From: a virus
Direction: 5' to 3' (one strand)
Length of the DNA: 41,509 bases
Virus record (IMG/VR): IMGVR_UViG_3300035493_000027
The position numbers were made by a program, and so were the translations under genes. This document shows, one piece after another, positions 23,301 through 30,884 of the stretch (its first letter is position 1; each line of letters starts with the position of its first letter). The notes beneath the pieces were generated by a model, which made no database searches, was not told the origin of the DNA, and saw only the letters and a list, made by a program, of their open reading frames with translations.

Positions 23301-25826
23301 ATGACTTCAATCATCACCAACCAACTGATTCAGGAAATTGAGAACAACCAAGAGTGGCAAGAGAAGTTCGACCGTCAGGTGGAACTTGAGGAGAAGATGA
23401 GAGGCATGGGCGTCGACCGTCACTGGTCGGAGGTAGCCAAGGCCAGGGAGCGTGGTCAGGAAACCAGCGTCCGCTCCGTCCGCCGACTGATGAACTCGTC
23501 AGTCGCCAAGATCGCAGAAGGCATCCGCCAGTTCATCGAGAGCTGCGAGGCTGGCAAGGCTGGCCGCAAGTACAGCGCATACCCACTGCTCAAGCAGATC
23601 GAACCCGAGGCCGCAGCCCTGATCACCGCACGGGTGGTACTGGATGGCGTGGCCAAGGGTGACCTGCTGGTCCCCCTGGCTCGCCGAGTTGCGTCCCTGA
23701 TCGAGGACGAGCTGGCCTTCCGCGAGTTCGCCAAGGCTGACCGCAAGACCTACGACTGGTTGGTCAAGCGCGAGAAGCGAGTCAACGGCAGCAGCTACCG
23801 CCGCCAGCGGCTGACCATGCTGCACAACATGGAGGCCCGCAACATCGCATGGCAGGAGTGGACTGCCCGCGAGTCCCTGCTGGTCGGCTCCAAGCTGATC
23901 GAGATCATGACCGAGACCACCGGCCTGATTCAGAAAGTCACCCGCACCGTGGACGTGAAGCGCCAGGAGGTGGCAATCGAGGCCACCCCTGAGACCATCG
24001 CCTGGATCAACGAGGAGAACAACCGCTGCGAAGCTCTCTCCCCGGTGTACCTGCCCACCATCATCCCGCCTCGCCCCTGGACTTCACCGTTCGAGGGCGG
24101 CTACTGGACTCCGCGTGTCCGCCGACTGGCCCTGGTCAAGACCCACTCGAAGGGGTACTTGGAGGAGCTGGCCGAGCACGACATGCCGGAAGTCTACGAT
24201 GCGATCAACGCCATGCAGCACACCGCCTGGGCCATCAATGGCCGGGTGCTGGAGGTGGTTCGCAACCTGTGGAACAACGGTGCCACCCTGGGTGGTATCC
24301 CTGCGGCTGACGATCAGCCGATCCCGCCGAAGCCCCTGTTCCTTGAGCAGGAGCTGCCCCGCGAGGAGTGGTCGGAGGATCAGGTGCGTCAGTTCAAGGA
24401 GTGGAAGCGCGAGGCAACCGACACCTATGCGTCCAACGCGAAGCTGAAGTCCCTGCGTCTGCAGTTCGCCAAGGTATTGATGATTGCCGAGATGTTCGAG
24501 CACGAGGAGGAAATCTACTTCCCGCACCAGTTCGACTTCCGTGGCCGGGCCTACGCTGTGCCGATGTTCCTGAATCCCCAGGGCAGCGACATCGCCAAGG
24601 GTCTGCTGGAGTTCGCCAATGCGGTAGCGATCAACGACGAGGAAGGTGCCAACTGGCTGGCCATTCACGGTGCCAACAGCTACGGCTACGACAAGGTCTC
24701 CCTGGCTGAGCGTGTGCGCTGGGTGCAGGAGAACGAGGCCGAGATCCTGGCCTGTGCTGCTGACCCGTACAGCCACAGCATGTGGGCCAAGGCCGACAAG
24801 CCCTTCCAGTTCCTGGCGTTCTGCATCGAGTGGGCTGAGTTCAAACGCGAAGGCTACGGCTACCTGTCGACCTTGCCCATCGCAATGGACGGTAGCTGCA
24901 ACGGGCTGCAGAACTTCTCGGCGATGCTGCGTGATGCCATCGGCGGCGAGGCCGTGAACCTCGTGCCCCAGGAGAAACCTGCGGACATCTACCAGAAGGT
25001 GGCCGACCGCGTGGTGCTGCGTGTCGAGGCTGACGCTGTTGGCCAGGACGAGGTGTTGGCGAAGCTGGCCCAGGGCTGGCTCAAGCACGGCATCAACCGC
25101 AAGGTGTGCAAGCGCCCGGTGATGACCCTGGCCTATGGTGCCAAGGAGTTCGGCTTCAAGACCCAGGTGTTCGAGGACACCGTCATGCCGTACAAGCTGA
25201 AGGCTGGCAAGGAGTTCCCCTGGGAAGGCTCCGGCTGGGCTGCCGCTGAGTACATGGGCAAGCTGATCTGGGAGTGCGTCGGTGAGGTGGTGGTCGCTGC
25301 TCGTCAGGCTATGGACTGGCTGCAGAAGGCTGCGCGTCTGGCCGCGAAGGAAGGACTGCCGGTACGTTGGAACACCCCGGACAATCTGGTCGTGCTCCAG
25401 GCGTACCCGAAGATGCTGACCGAGCGCATCGACCTGACCTTCGGGGGCAGCCGTCACCTGCTCACCGTGGCAGTCAGCCCGACCACCGAGCTGGATCGCA
25501 ACAAGCAAGCCAACGGGATCAGCCCGAACTGGGTTCACTCGATGGACGCCAGCCACATGCGGGCCACTGTCCGCCGCTGCTGGAACGAGGGGATGCGCAG
25601 CTTCTCCCTGATCCACGACAGCTACGGCACCCACGCCGGGAACGCCTGGGCACTCGCCAAGTTCCTGCGTGAGGAGTTCGTCACCATGTACGAGGAGGAT
25701 GTGCTGGAAGACTTCAAGCGAGAACTGGAGCGGCAGCTCCCCGAAGGATCAGAGCTTGATCCTCTACCCCCGAAAGGCAACTTGGACTTGGCTTTGGTGC
25801 TGGAGTCCGCGTTTTTCTTTGCCTGA
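23301..25826 (+). CDS. T7-like single-subunit DNA-directed RNA polymerase
   Basis: FDFRGRAYAVPMFLNPQGSDIAKGLL, DGSCNGLQNFSAMLRD, LIHDSYGTH and a C-terminal FFFA match T7 gene 1 protein motifs. Confidence 0.98.
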   Translation: MTSIITNQLIQEIENNQEWQEKFDRQVELEEKMRGMGVDRHWSEVAKARERGQETSVRSVRRLMNSSVAKIAEGIRQFIESCEAGKAGRKYSAYPLLKQIEPEAAALITARVVLDGVAKGDLLVPLARRVASLIEDELAFREFAKADRKTYDWLVKREKRVNGSSYRRQRLTMLHNMEARNIAWQEWTARESLLVGSKLIEIMTETTGLIQKVTRTVDVKRQEVAIEATPETIAWINEENNRCEALSPVYLPTIIPPRPWTSPFEGGYWTPRVRRLALVKTHSKGYLEELAEHDMPEVYDAINAMQHTAWAINGRVLEVVRNLWNNGATLGGIPAADDQPIPPKPLFLEQELPREEWSEDQVRQFKEWKREATDTYASNAKLKSLRLQFAKVLMIAEMFEHEEEIYFPHQFDFRGRAYAVPMFLNPQGSDIAKGLLEFANAVAINDEEGANWLAIHGANSYGYDKVSLAERVRWVQENEAEILACAADPYSHSMWAKADKPFQFLAFCIEWAEFKREGYGYLSTLPIAMDGSCNGLQNFSAMLRDAIGGEAVNLVPQEKPADIYQKVADRVVLRVEADAVGQDEVLAKLAQGWLKHGINRKVCKRPVMTLAYGAKEFGFKTQVFEDTVMPYKLKAGKEFPWEGSGWAAAEYMGKLIWECVGEVVVAARQAMDWLQKAARLAAKEGLPVRWNTPDNLVVLQAYPKMLTERIDLTFGGSRHLLTVAVSPTTELDRNKQANGISPNWVHSMDASHMRATVRRCWNEGMRSFSLIHDSYGTHAGNAWALAKFLREEFVTMYEEDVLEDFKRELERQLPEGSELDPLPPKGNLDLALVLESAFFFA

Positions 25827-25847
25827 CGCTATCCACTAGTGCATAGA
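25827..25847 (+). promoter_or_regulatory. M2 motif copy (CGCTATCCACTAGTGCATAGA), most palindromic copy
   Basis: Begins 1 nt after the RNAP stop. CTATCCACTAGTGCATAG is a palindrome except for two positions. Confidence 0.6.
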
Positions 25848-25861
25848 TGTGGGCCAGCCGG

Positions 25862-25884
25862 AATTACCACACAGGTATGGAAGA
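25862..25884 (+). promoter_or_regulatory. Phage RNAP promoter, M1 family, copy 1 of tandem triplet
   Basis: AATTACCACACAGGTATGGAAGA. Confidence 0.85.
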
Positions 25885-25907
25885 CCGCGCTGGCTCTACC
25901 TCCAGGC

Positions 25908-25930
25908 GATTACCACACAGGTATGGAAGA
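25908..25930 (+). promoter_or_regulatory. Phage RNAP promoter, M1 family, copy 2 of tandem triplet
   Basis: GATTACCACACAGGTATGGAAGA, 46 nt after copy 1. Confidence 0.85.
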
Positions 25931-25954
25931 CCGCACTGGCTCCACCCCCGAGGC

Positions 25955-25977
25955 GATTACCACACAGGTATGGAAGA
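25955..25977 (+). promoter_or_regulatory. Phage RNAP promoter, M1 family, copy 3 of tandem triplet
   Basis: GATTACCACACAGGTATGGAAGA, 47 nt after copy 2. Confidence 0.85.
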
Positions 25978-26009
25978 CCGCCCACCCACCAGATCACGAG
26001 GAGAACTTC

Positions 26010-26135
26010 ATGAGCGCATTGCAACAAGCCATCGAGTACTGGACCGAGGACATGCCGATCCCCGTCGATCTGGCAATGGAGCTGGCCAGCGAGGGCTACG
26101 ACGTGGAAGCCCTTGAGGACTTCTATCGCCAGTAA
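26010..26135 (+). CDS. Hypothetical 41-aa acidic protein
   Basis: Internal ATG of ORF 25839..26135 with GAGGAG upstream. The upstream part of the ORF merely reads through the promoter repeats. Confidence 0.55.
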   Translation: MSALQQAIEYWTEDMPIPVDLAMELASEGYDVEALEDFYRQ

Positions 26136-26154
26136 CTATCCACCAACGCATTGA
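26134..26154 (+). promoter_or_regulatory. M2 motif copy (AACTATCCACCAACGCATTGA), function unknown
   Basis: Overlaps the TAA stop of the 41-aa ORF. Confidence 0.55.
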
Positions 26155-26181
26155 ACCCACGACAACTGTGAGGACTACTGA

Positions 26182-26838
26182 ATGACCGACAAGAAAGCCC
26201 GCAACCCCCGTTACGTCACCCAGGTTGGCGTTGCCATCTACCCGCACCTCGTTGAACCGGACACCAAGTTCAACGCCGAGGGCGAGTACAAGGTGAAGCT
26301 GCGCCTGTCCCCGGACTCGGTAATCACCGATGCCAAGGGCAAGCGCGTTGCTGACGTGCAGAGCTTCATCGACGAGATGATGGGCAAAGCCCTGGAGAAG
26401 GCGCAGCAGGAGAACAAGGGCAAGATCAAGGAGGCCGATGCGCCCTACGAGATCGACGACGAGACCGGCGAAGTGCTGGTCAACTTCAAGCTCAAGGCCA
26501 CCGGCAAGACCCGCGATGGCAATGAGTTCACCCAGAAGCCCGCGCTGTTCGACTCCAAGGGCAAGCCCGCTGAGGTCAAGGGTGTCTGGGGCGGCAGCAA
26601 GATCAAGGTCTCGTTCGAGGTCGTGCCGTTCTACACCAAGCTGATCGGTGCCGGTGTCTCGCTGCGCCTCAAGGCCGTGCAGATCATCGAGCTGGTAGCC
26701 GGTGGCAACGGCGGTTCCGCTGACAGCTACGGCTTCGGCGAGGAAGAAGGCTACGAGGCTGAGGACGAAGCAGCCGACAACGGGTTCAGCTCCGACGACG
26801 AAGGCGGCTCCGCACCGGCTGACGACGAGGACTTCTGA
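26182..26838 (+). CDS. Single-stranded DNA-binding protein (T7 gp2.5-like)
   Basis: Position after the RNAP/promoter array. Acidic C-terminal tail ending in Phe (APADDEDF), as in gp2.5. Confidence 0.85.
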   Translation: MTDKKARNPRYVTQVGVAIYPHLVEPDTKFNAEGEYKVKLRLSPDSVITDAKGKRVADVQSFIDEMMGKALEKAQQENKGKIKEADAPYEIDDETGEVLVNFKLKATGKTRDGNEFTQKPALFDSKGKPAEVKGVWGGSKIKVSFEVVPFYTKLIGAGVSLRLKAVQIIELVAGGNGGSADSYGFGEEEGYEAEDEAADNGFSSDDEGGSAPADDEDF

Positions 26839-27284
26839 TGGCAGCTCCCCGAGAGGCCGGGCTTCGGCTCGGCTTCCGGTCGGGGCTTGAGGAGAAGATC
26901 GCCCGAGAACTGGATGCCCACGGCATCGAGGTTCAGTACGAAACCGAACAGATCCGCTACGTCAAACCCGCCCGCGAAGCCAAGTACACCCCCGACTGGA
27001 TACTGCCCAACGGAATCATCGTCGAGACCAAAGGCAGGTTCGTCGTCGAAGACCGCCAGAAACACCTGATCATCAAGGAGCAGCACCCCGGCCTGGACGT
27101 GCGCTTCGTCTTTTCCAACTCCCGTACCCGCATCAGCAAGAACAGCAAGACCACCTACGCCATGTGGTGTGAGAAGTACGGGTTCCTGTTTGCCGACAAG
27201 TCCATCCCCGAGGCGTGGCTCAAAGAGCCGCACAGCCCGGAGCGTTGGGCTGCCCTGGAGAATGCCCGAGTTAAGAAGAAATGA
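26838..27284 (+). CDS. Endonuclease I, Holliday junction resolvase (T7 gp3-like)
   Basis: SGLEEKIA, YTPDWILPNGIIVETKGRF, DRQKHLIIKEQHPGLDVRFVFS and CEKYGFLFADK match T7 endonuclease I. Confidence 0.95.
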   Translation: MAAPREAGLRLGFRSGLEEKIARELDAHGIEVQYETEQIRYVKPAREAKYTPDWILPNGIIVETKGRFVVEDRQKHLIIKEQHPGLDVRFVFSNSRTRISKNSKTTYAMWCEKYGFLFADKSIPEAWLKEPHSPERWAALENARVKKK

Positions 27285-27793
27285 ACCGCGAGATTGACAC
27301 CCTGATCATCCACACCGCCGCGACCAAGGCGACTGCGGACATCGGTGCCGTCGACATCGACAAGTGGCACCGCGCCCGTGGTTGGCTGGGTTGTGGCTAC
27401 CACTTCGTTATCCGCCGCAACGGCACCATCGAGTCCGACGAGAAGGGCAACCGCTGCCGTCCGCTGGCCCAGGCCGGTGCCCATGTCGGTGACTGCGGCC
27501 CTGGTTGGAACAAGCGCAGCATCGGCATCTGTCTGGCTGGTGGCATCGACGCCAACGGCAAGGCCCAGAACAACTACACCCCCGAGCAGTGGAAGTCCCT
27601 GGAAGAACTCGTTCTGTCCCTGCTCGAACGCTTCCCCTCCATCAAGACCATCGGTGGTCACCGCGACCTGATCCGTAAGACCGGCGCGCCGCCGAAGGAT
27701 TGCCCGTGCTTCAACGTGAAGGACTGGTTCGAGCGCGAGGTGAAGCCCAAGTACCCCGAGGCCGCGTACATCCAGGCCGTGAAGTACATCTGA
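27281..27793 (+). CDS. N-acetylmuramoyl-L-alanine amidase (T7 lysozyme gp3.5-like)
   Basis: IHTAAT, GYHFVIRRNGTIE, GAHV..GWNKRSIGICLAGG, GHRDL, KDCPCFNV. Confidence 0.95.
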   Translation: MNREIDTLIIHTAATKATADIGAVDIDKWHRARGWLGCGYHFVIRRNGTIESDEKGNRCRPLAQAGAHVGDCGPGWNKRSIGICLAGGIDANGKAQNNYTPEQWKSLEELVLSLLERFPSIKTIGGHRDLIRKTGAPPKDCPCFNVKDWFEREVKPKYPEAAYIQAVKYI

Positions 27794-27795
27794 CC

Positions 27796-27818
27796 AATTA
27801 CCACACAGGTATGGAAGA
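27796..27818 (+). promoter_or_regulatory. Phage RNAP promoter, M1 family (AATTACCACACAGGTATGGAAGA)
   Basis: Identical to copy 1 of the triplet. Followed by the hairpin CCCCCGG...CCGGGGG and TTTCTGTTTC. Confidence 0.85.
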
Positions 27819-27890
27819 CCCGCCCCCGGTATGCCCCGCGCTGCCGGGGGTTTCTGTTTCAAGACCCACGACAACTGTGAGGAGAACCCC

Positions 27891-28133
27891 ATGACCCACA
27901 CCCAAATCCGTGCTCTGTCCCCGCAATGCGAGCTGATCCTCAACCACCTGCGTGCTGGCCACACGATCACCCAACGCTCGGCCCTGATGGACTTCGGCGT
28001 GATGGCACTGCCGCGCCGCATCGCTGACCTCAAGGAGCGTGGCTACGACATCGTGTCCGTGATGGAGCACAACAAGCTCACCGGCCAGCGCTATGCCCGC
28101 TACTCCCTGAAAGCCCAGAAGCGCCGCGCATAA
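27891..28133 (+). CDS. Helix-turn-helix DNA-binding protein (HTH_39-like)
   Basis: Internal ATG with GAGGAG upstream. ILNHLRAGHTITQRSALMDFGVMALPRRIADLKERGYDI fits the winged-helix pattern recalled for this family. Confidence 0.7.
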   Translation: MTHTQIRALSPQCELILNHLRAGHTITQRSALMDFGVMALPRRIADLKERGYDIVSVMEHNKLTGQRYARYSLKAQKRRA

Positions 28134-28143
28134 GGAGGCCCGC

Positions 28144-28344
28144 ATGATCCAGCTCAACAAGATCCTCAAGTCCTTCAAGAAGACCATCGACCAGCTCGAA
28201 CAACTGACCGCCAGCAACAACATCGAGGTCAGCCGCAACACCGAGCAGATCGACCGACTGCAAGAGAAGAACCTGCTGCTGATCGCAGAAGCCCAGGCTG
28301 CCAAGGAGACCGCCGAGAACCTGAAGGCACTGATCGGTCACTGA
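28144..28344 (+). CDS. Hypothetical coiled-coil protein
   Basis: 66 aa, AAGGAGG upstream, heptad-like sequence. Confidence 0.6.
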   Translation: MIQLNKILKSFKKTIDQLEQLTASNNIEVSRNTEQIDRLQEKNLLLIAEAQAAKETAENLKALIGH

Positions 28345-28388
28345 CCTGACCCGACGATTCACCGGGTCAGCTACCAACGAACACCAAT

Positions 28389-28419
28389 AGCCCGCCTCTG
28401 AGCGGGCTTCGTCTTTTCT
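28389..28419 (+). terminator. Hairpin plus interrupted T-run terminator
   Basis: AGCCCGC-ctctga-GCGGGCT followed by TCGTCTTTTCT. Preceded by a second hairpin CTGACCCG/CGGGTCAG (28346-28370). Confidence 0.6.
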
Positions 28420-28431
28420 GGAGGACAGAAC

Positions 28432-29193
28432 ATGAGCAAGCAACTGATCACCCGCGAGTACCAAGGTAACGTCTTCACCTTCCGTGAGGACGGCTACTTC
28501 AACATGACCGACGCTGCAAAGAAGTTCGGGAAAGATGTCTTCGAGTTCCTACGACTGCCGAGCACTGTGGAATATGTGGAAGCACTAACCGGGATTATCC
28601 CGGTATCTAATCTAACTGAGGCCAAACGCGGTGTAGGCACCTGGGCACACCCCAAGCTGGCCGTCTTCTTCGCCCGCTGGCTGGACGTGAAGTTCGCAGT
28701 CTTCTGCGACATGGTCATCGACGACATCCTCAACAAGAAGGCCGAGCTGACCATCACCCAGCCCGCCGAGTCGATGGCAATGAAGGTGCCCCAGTCGTTC
28801 CCCGAAGCCCTGCGTCTTGCTGCCGAGCTGGCAGAGAAGAACGAGCAGCTCGCCCTGGAGAACAAGGAGATGGCACCGAAGGCTGTCGTCTTCGACAACT
28901 GCATGGCGCTGCGTCAGGAATCCCTGGCCACCTTCGTGCGTACCCTGGAAGGCGTCAACACGATGGCCATCAAGGGTGATCTGGCTGACATGGGCTACCT
29001 GTACCGCACCGTCGGCGCTGGCAAGTACCGCGTGTACGCCAAGTACCGGAACGTGTTGTTCACCGAGAAGCTGATCGCCCATCCGACCCGCCCGGTCTAC
29101 GAAATCCTACCGACTCCCGAGGGCAAGAAGCTGATCGTCCAGCTCTACCGTGACGGCAAGCTGACCATGAAGAAGGCATACGCAGCAGCATGA
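28432..29193 (+). CDS. KilA-N domain / ANT-type antirepressor-like protein
   Basis: N-terminal FNMTDAAKKFGKDVFEFLRL...WAHPKLAVFFARWL (KilA-N pattern). C-terminal half resembles phage antirepressor C-terminal domains. Confidence 0.8.
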   Translation: MSKQLITREYQGNVFTFREDGYFNMTDAAKKFGKDVFEFLRLPSTVEYVEALTGIIPVSNLTEAKRGVGTWAHPKLAVFFARWLDVKFAVFCDMVIDDILNKKAELTITQPAESMAMKVPQSFPEALRLAAELAEKNEQLALENKEMAPKAVVFDNCMALRQESLATFVRTLEGVNTMAIKGDLADMGYLYRTVGAGKYRVYAKYRNVLFTEKLIAHPTRPVYEILPTPEGKKLIVQLYRDGKLTMKKAYAAA

Positions 29194-30845
29194 GCGAGTG
29201 GGTGCAAACCCACTTGCCTTGTCCCTGTGGCCAATCCTCTGACGCCTACTCGATCAACGACAAAGGTTGGGGGAAGTGCTTCTCGTGCGGGAAGAACTTC
29301 AACGAGGAGGCGTCGGACTCAACACCCAGAGGTAAACAGCAAGTGGCAGCAGTGAAAGAACTGGTGCCCTTCGGAGAGTACCGGGCACTAAGCAAACGCA
29401 AGATCACAGAGGAGACCTGCAAGAAGTTCGGCTACTTCGTCGGTGAGTTCAAAGAGCAGACCGTCCAAGTGGCCCCGTACCGCAACACCGAAGGCGAGGT
29501 CATCGCCCAGAAGGTGCGGTTCGCTGACAAGTCCTTCACCACCAGGGGCAAGTTCAAAGGCGTGGCCCTGTTCGGCCAGCACCTGTGGGGCGAAGGCGGC
29601 AAGAAGCTGGTCATCACCGAGGGCGAGATCGACTGCCTCACCGTGAGCCAGCTCCAGGGCAACAAATGGCCCGTGGTGTCCATCCCCAACGGCGCTCAAG
29701 GCGCAGCCAACTCCATCAAGGAGAACCTCGAATGGGTGCTCACCTTCGAGGAGGTCATCCTGATGTTCGATCAGGACGAGCCGGGCCGCGAAGCTGCCAT
29801 CAAGGTGGCCGAGCTGCTGCCCCCAGGCAAGGCCAAGATCGCCAGCCTCCCGCTCAAAGACCCGAACGACATGCTCGTAGCTGGCCGTGGCCAGGAGGTG
29901 ATCCAGGCAATCTGGAACGCGAAGGAGTACCGGCCTGACGGGCTGGTCTCCATCGACGACATCCTCGACGAGGTCGAGAAGCCCATCGAATGGGGCAAGC
30001 CCTGGTGCTTCGAGTCCCTCACCAAGCTGACTTACGGTCGCCGCGAGGGTGAGCTGTACGCCATCGGCGCTGGCACTGGCGTGGGCAAGACCGACTTCAT
30101 GACCCAGCAGATCGCCTTCGACGTGGTCGAGCTGGGCGAGCATGTCGGCGTCATCTTCCTTGAACAGAAGCCGGTCGAGACCGCCAAGCGCGTGGCCGGG
30201 AAGATCGCCGGTCGGCGCTTCCATGTGCCGGATGCTGGCTGGACTCCCGAGGAATTGAAGACAGCCGTGGCCAACCTCAAAGGTAAGGTCACCTTCTACG
30301 ACTCCTGGGGCGAGACCGAGTGGGATGCGGTCAAGTCCAAGATCCGCTTCATGGTGGTCAGCCTGGGCATCAGGCACATCTACCTCGACCATCTCACGGC
30401 GATGGCCGACACCTCGAACGAGAAGGAATCCATCGAGCAACTGATGAAGGAGATGGCGGGCTTGGCCAACGAGCTGGGCTGCATCATCCACTTCGTCAGC
30501 CACCTGTCCACCCCGGAGGGCAAGCCTCACGAGGAAGGTGGCCGCGTGATGATCCGCCACTTCAAGGGCAGCCGGGCCATCGGCTTCTGGTCGTACTTCA
30601 TGTTCGGCCTGGAGCGGAACCAGCAAGCCGAGGATGAGGAGGAACGGCAGACCACCACCTTCCGCATCCTCAAAGACCGCTACACCGGCCAGTCCACCGG
30701 CCACACCTTGAGCCTCGGCTACGACCAAGAGACTGGTCGCCTGTTCGAGATCGCCCAGACCGCCGACGACTACGGCTTCGACGACACCCCGGCCACCACC
30801 CAGGAGGGCATCGACCTGCCTTGGGAGGAAAAGCCGGATTTCTAA
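29190..30845 (+). CDS. DNA primase/helicase (T7 gp4-like)
   Basis: Zn finger CPCG..x..CFSCGK, TOPRIM ITEGEIDCLT and MFDQDEPG, Walker A GAGTGVGKT, Walker B IYLDHL. Confidence 0.97.
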   Translation: MSEWVQTHLPCPCGQSSDAYSINDKGWGKCFSCGKNFNEEASDSTPRGKQQVAAVKELVPFGEYRALSKRKITEETCKKFGYFVGEFKEQTVQVAPYRNTEGEVIAQKVRFADKSFTTRGKFKGVALFGQHLWGEGGKKLVITEGEIDCLTVSQLQGNKWPVVSIPNGAQGAANSIKENLEWVLTFEEVILMFDQDEPGREAAIKVAELLPPGKAKIASLPLKDPNDMLVAGRGQEVIQAIWNAKEYRPDGLVSIDDILDEVEKPIEWGKPWCFESLTKLTYGRREGELYAIGAGTGVGKTDFMTQQIAFDVVELGEHVGVIFLEQKPVETAKRVAGKIAGRRFHVPDAGWTPEELKTAVANLKGKVTFYDSWGETEWDAVKSKIRFMVVSLGIRHIYLDHLTAMADTSNEKESIEQLMKEMAGLANELGCIIHFVSHLSTPEGKPHEEGGRVMIRHFKGSRAIGFWSYFMFGLERNQQAEDEEERQTTTFRILKDRYTGQSTGHTLSLGYDQETGRLFEIAQTADDYGFDDTPATTQEGIDLPWEEKPDF

Positions 30846-30864
30846 CTATCCACTAGCGCATAGG
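30844..30864 (+). promoter_or_regulatory. M2 motif copy (AACTATCCACTAGCGCATAGG), function unknown
   Basis: Overlaps the TAA stop of the primase-helicase gene, 20 nt upstream of the DNA polymerase ATG. Confidence 0.6.
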
Positions 30865-30884
30865 TACTCCCATGAGAGGCCCAG

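Noticed and set aside
25862-25977. Possible CRISPR-like array (three direct repeats with spacers)
   Set aside because: The repeat is the 23-nt promoter itself, and the spacers are also about 80 percent identical to each other. This makes it a tandem duplication of a 46-47-bp unit. No cas genes are present.
25839-26009. N-terminal extension of ORFs 25839..26135 and 25847..26116 with repeated ITTQVWKTA / YHTGMEDR peptides
   Set aside because: The peptide repeats are simply the three tandem M1 promoters read in frame; the same YHTGMED string appears at the 27796 promoter. Only the last 41 codons have an RBS.
2975-30864. M2 as a general sigma70 promoter or as a second class of T7-type promoter
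   Set aside because: Only the 18518 copy has a TTGACA-like hexamer at the right distance, and conservation lies where a sigma70 spacer would be. Relative to M1, the shared landmarks (CCAC and the GG initiation site) are about 2 nt further apart, which single-subunit RNAPs tolerate poorly. The idea is kept as a hypothesis to test rather than a call.
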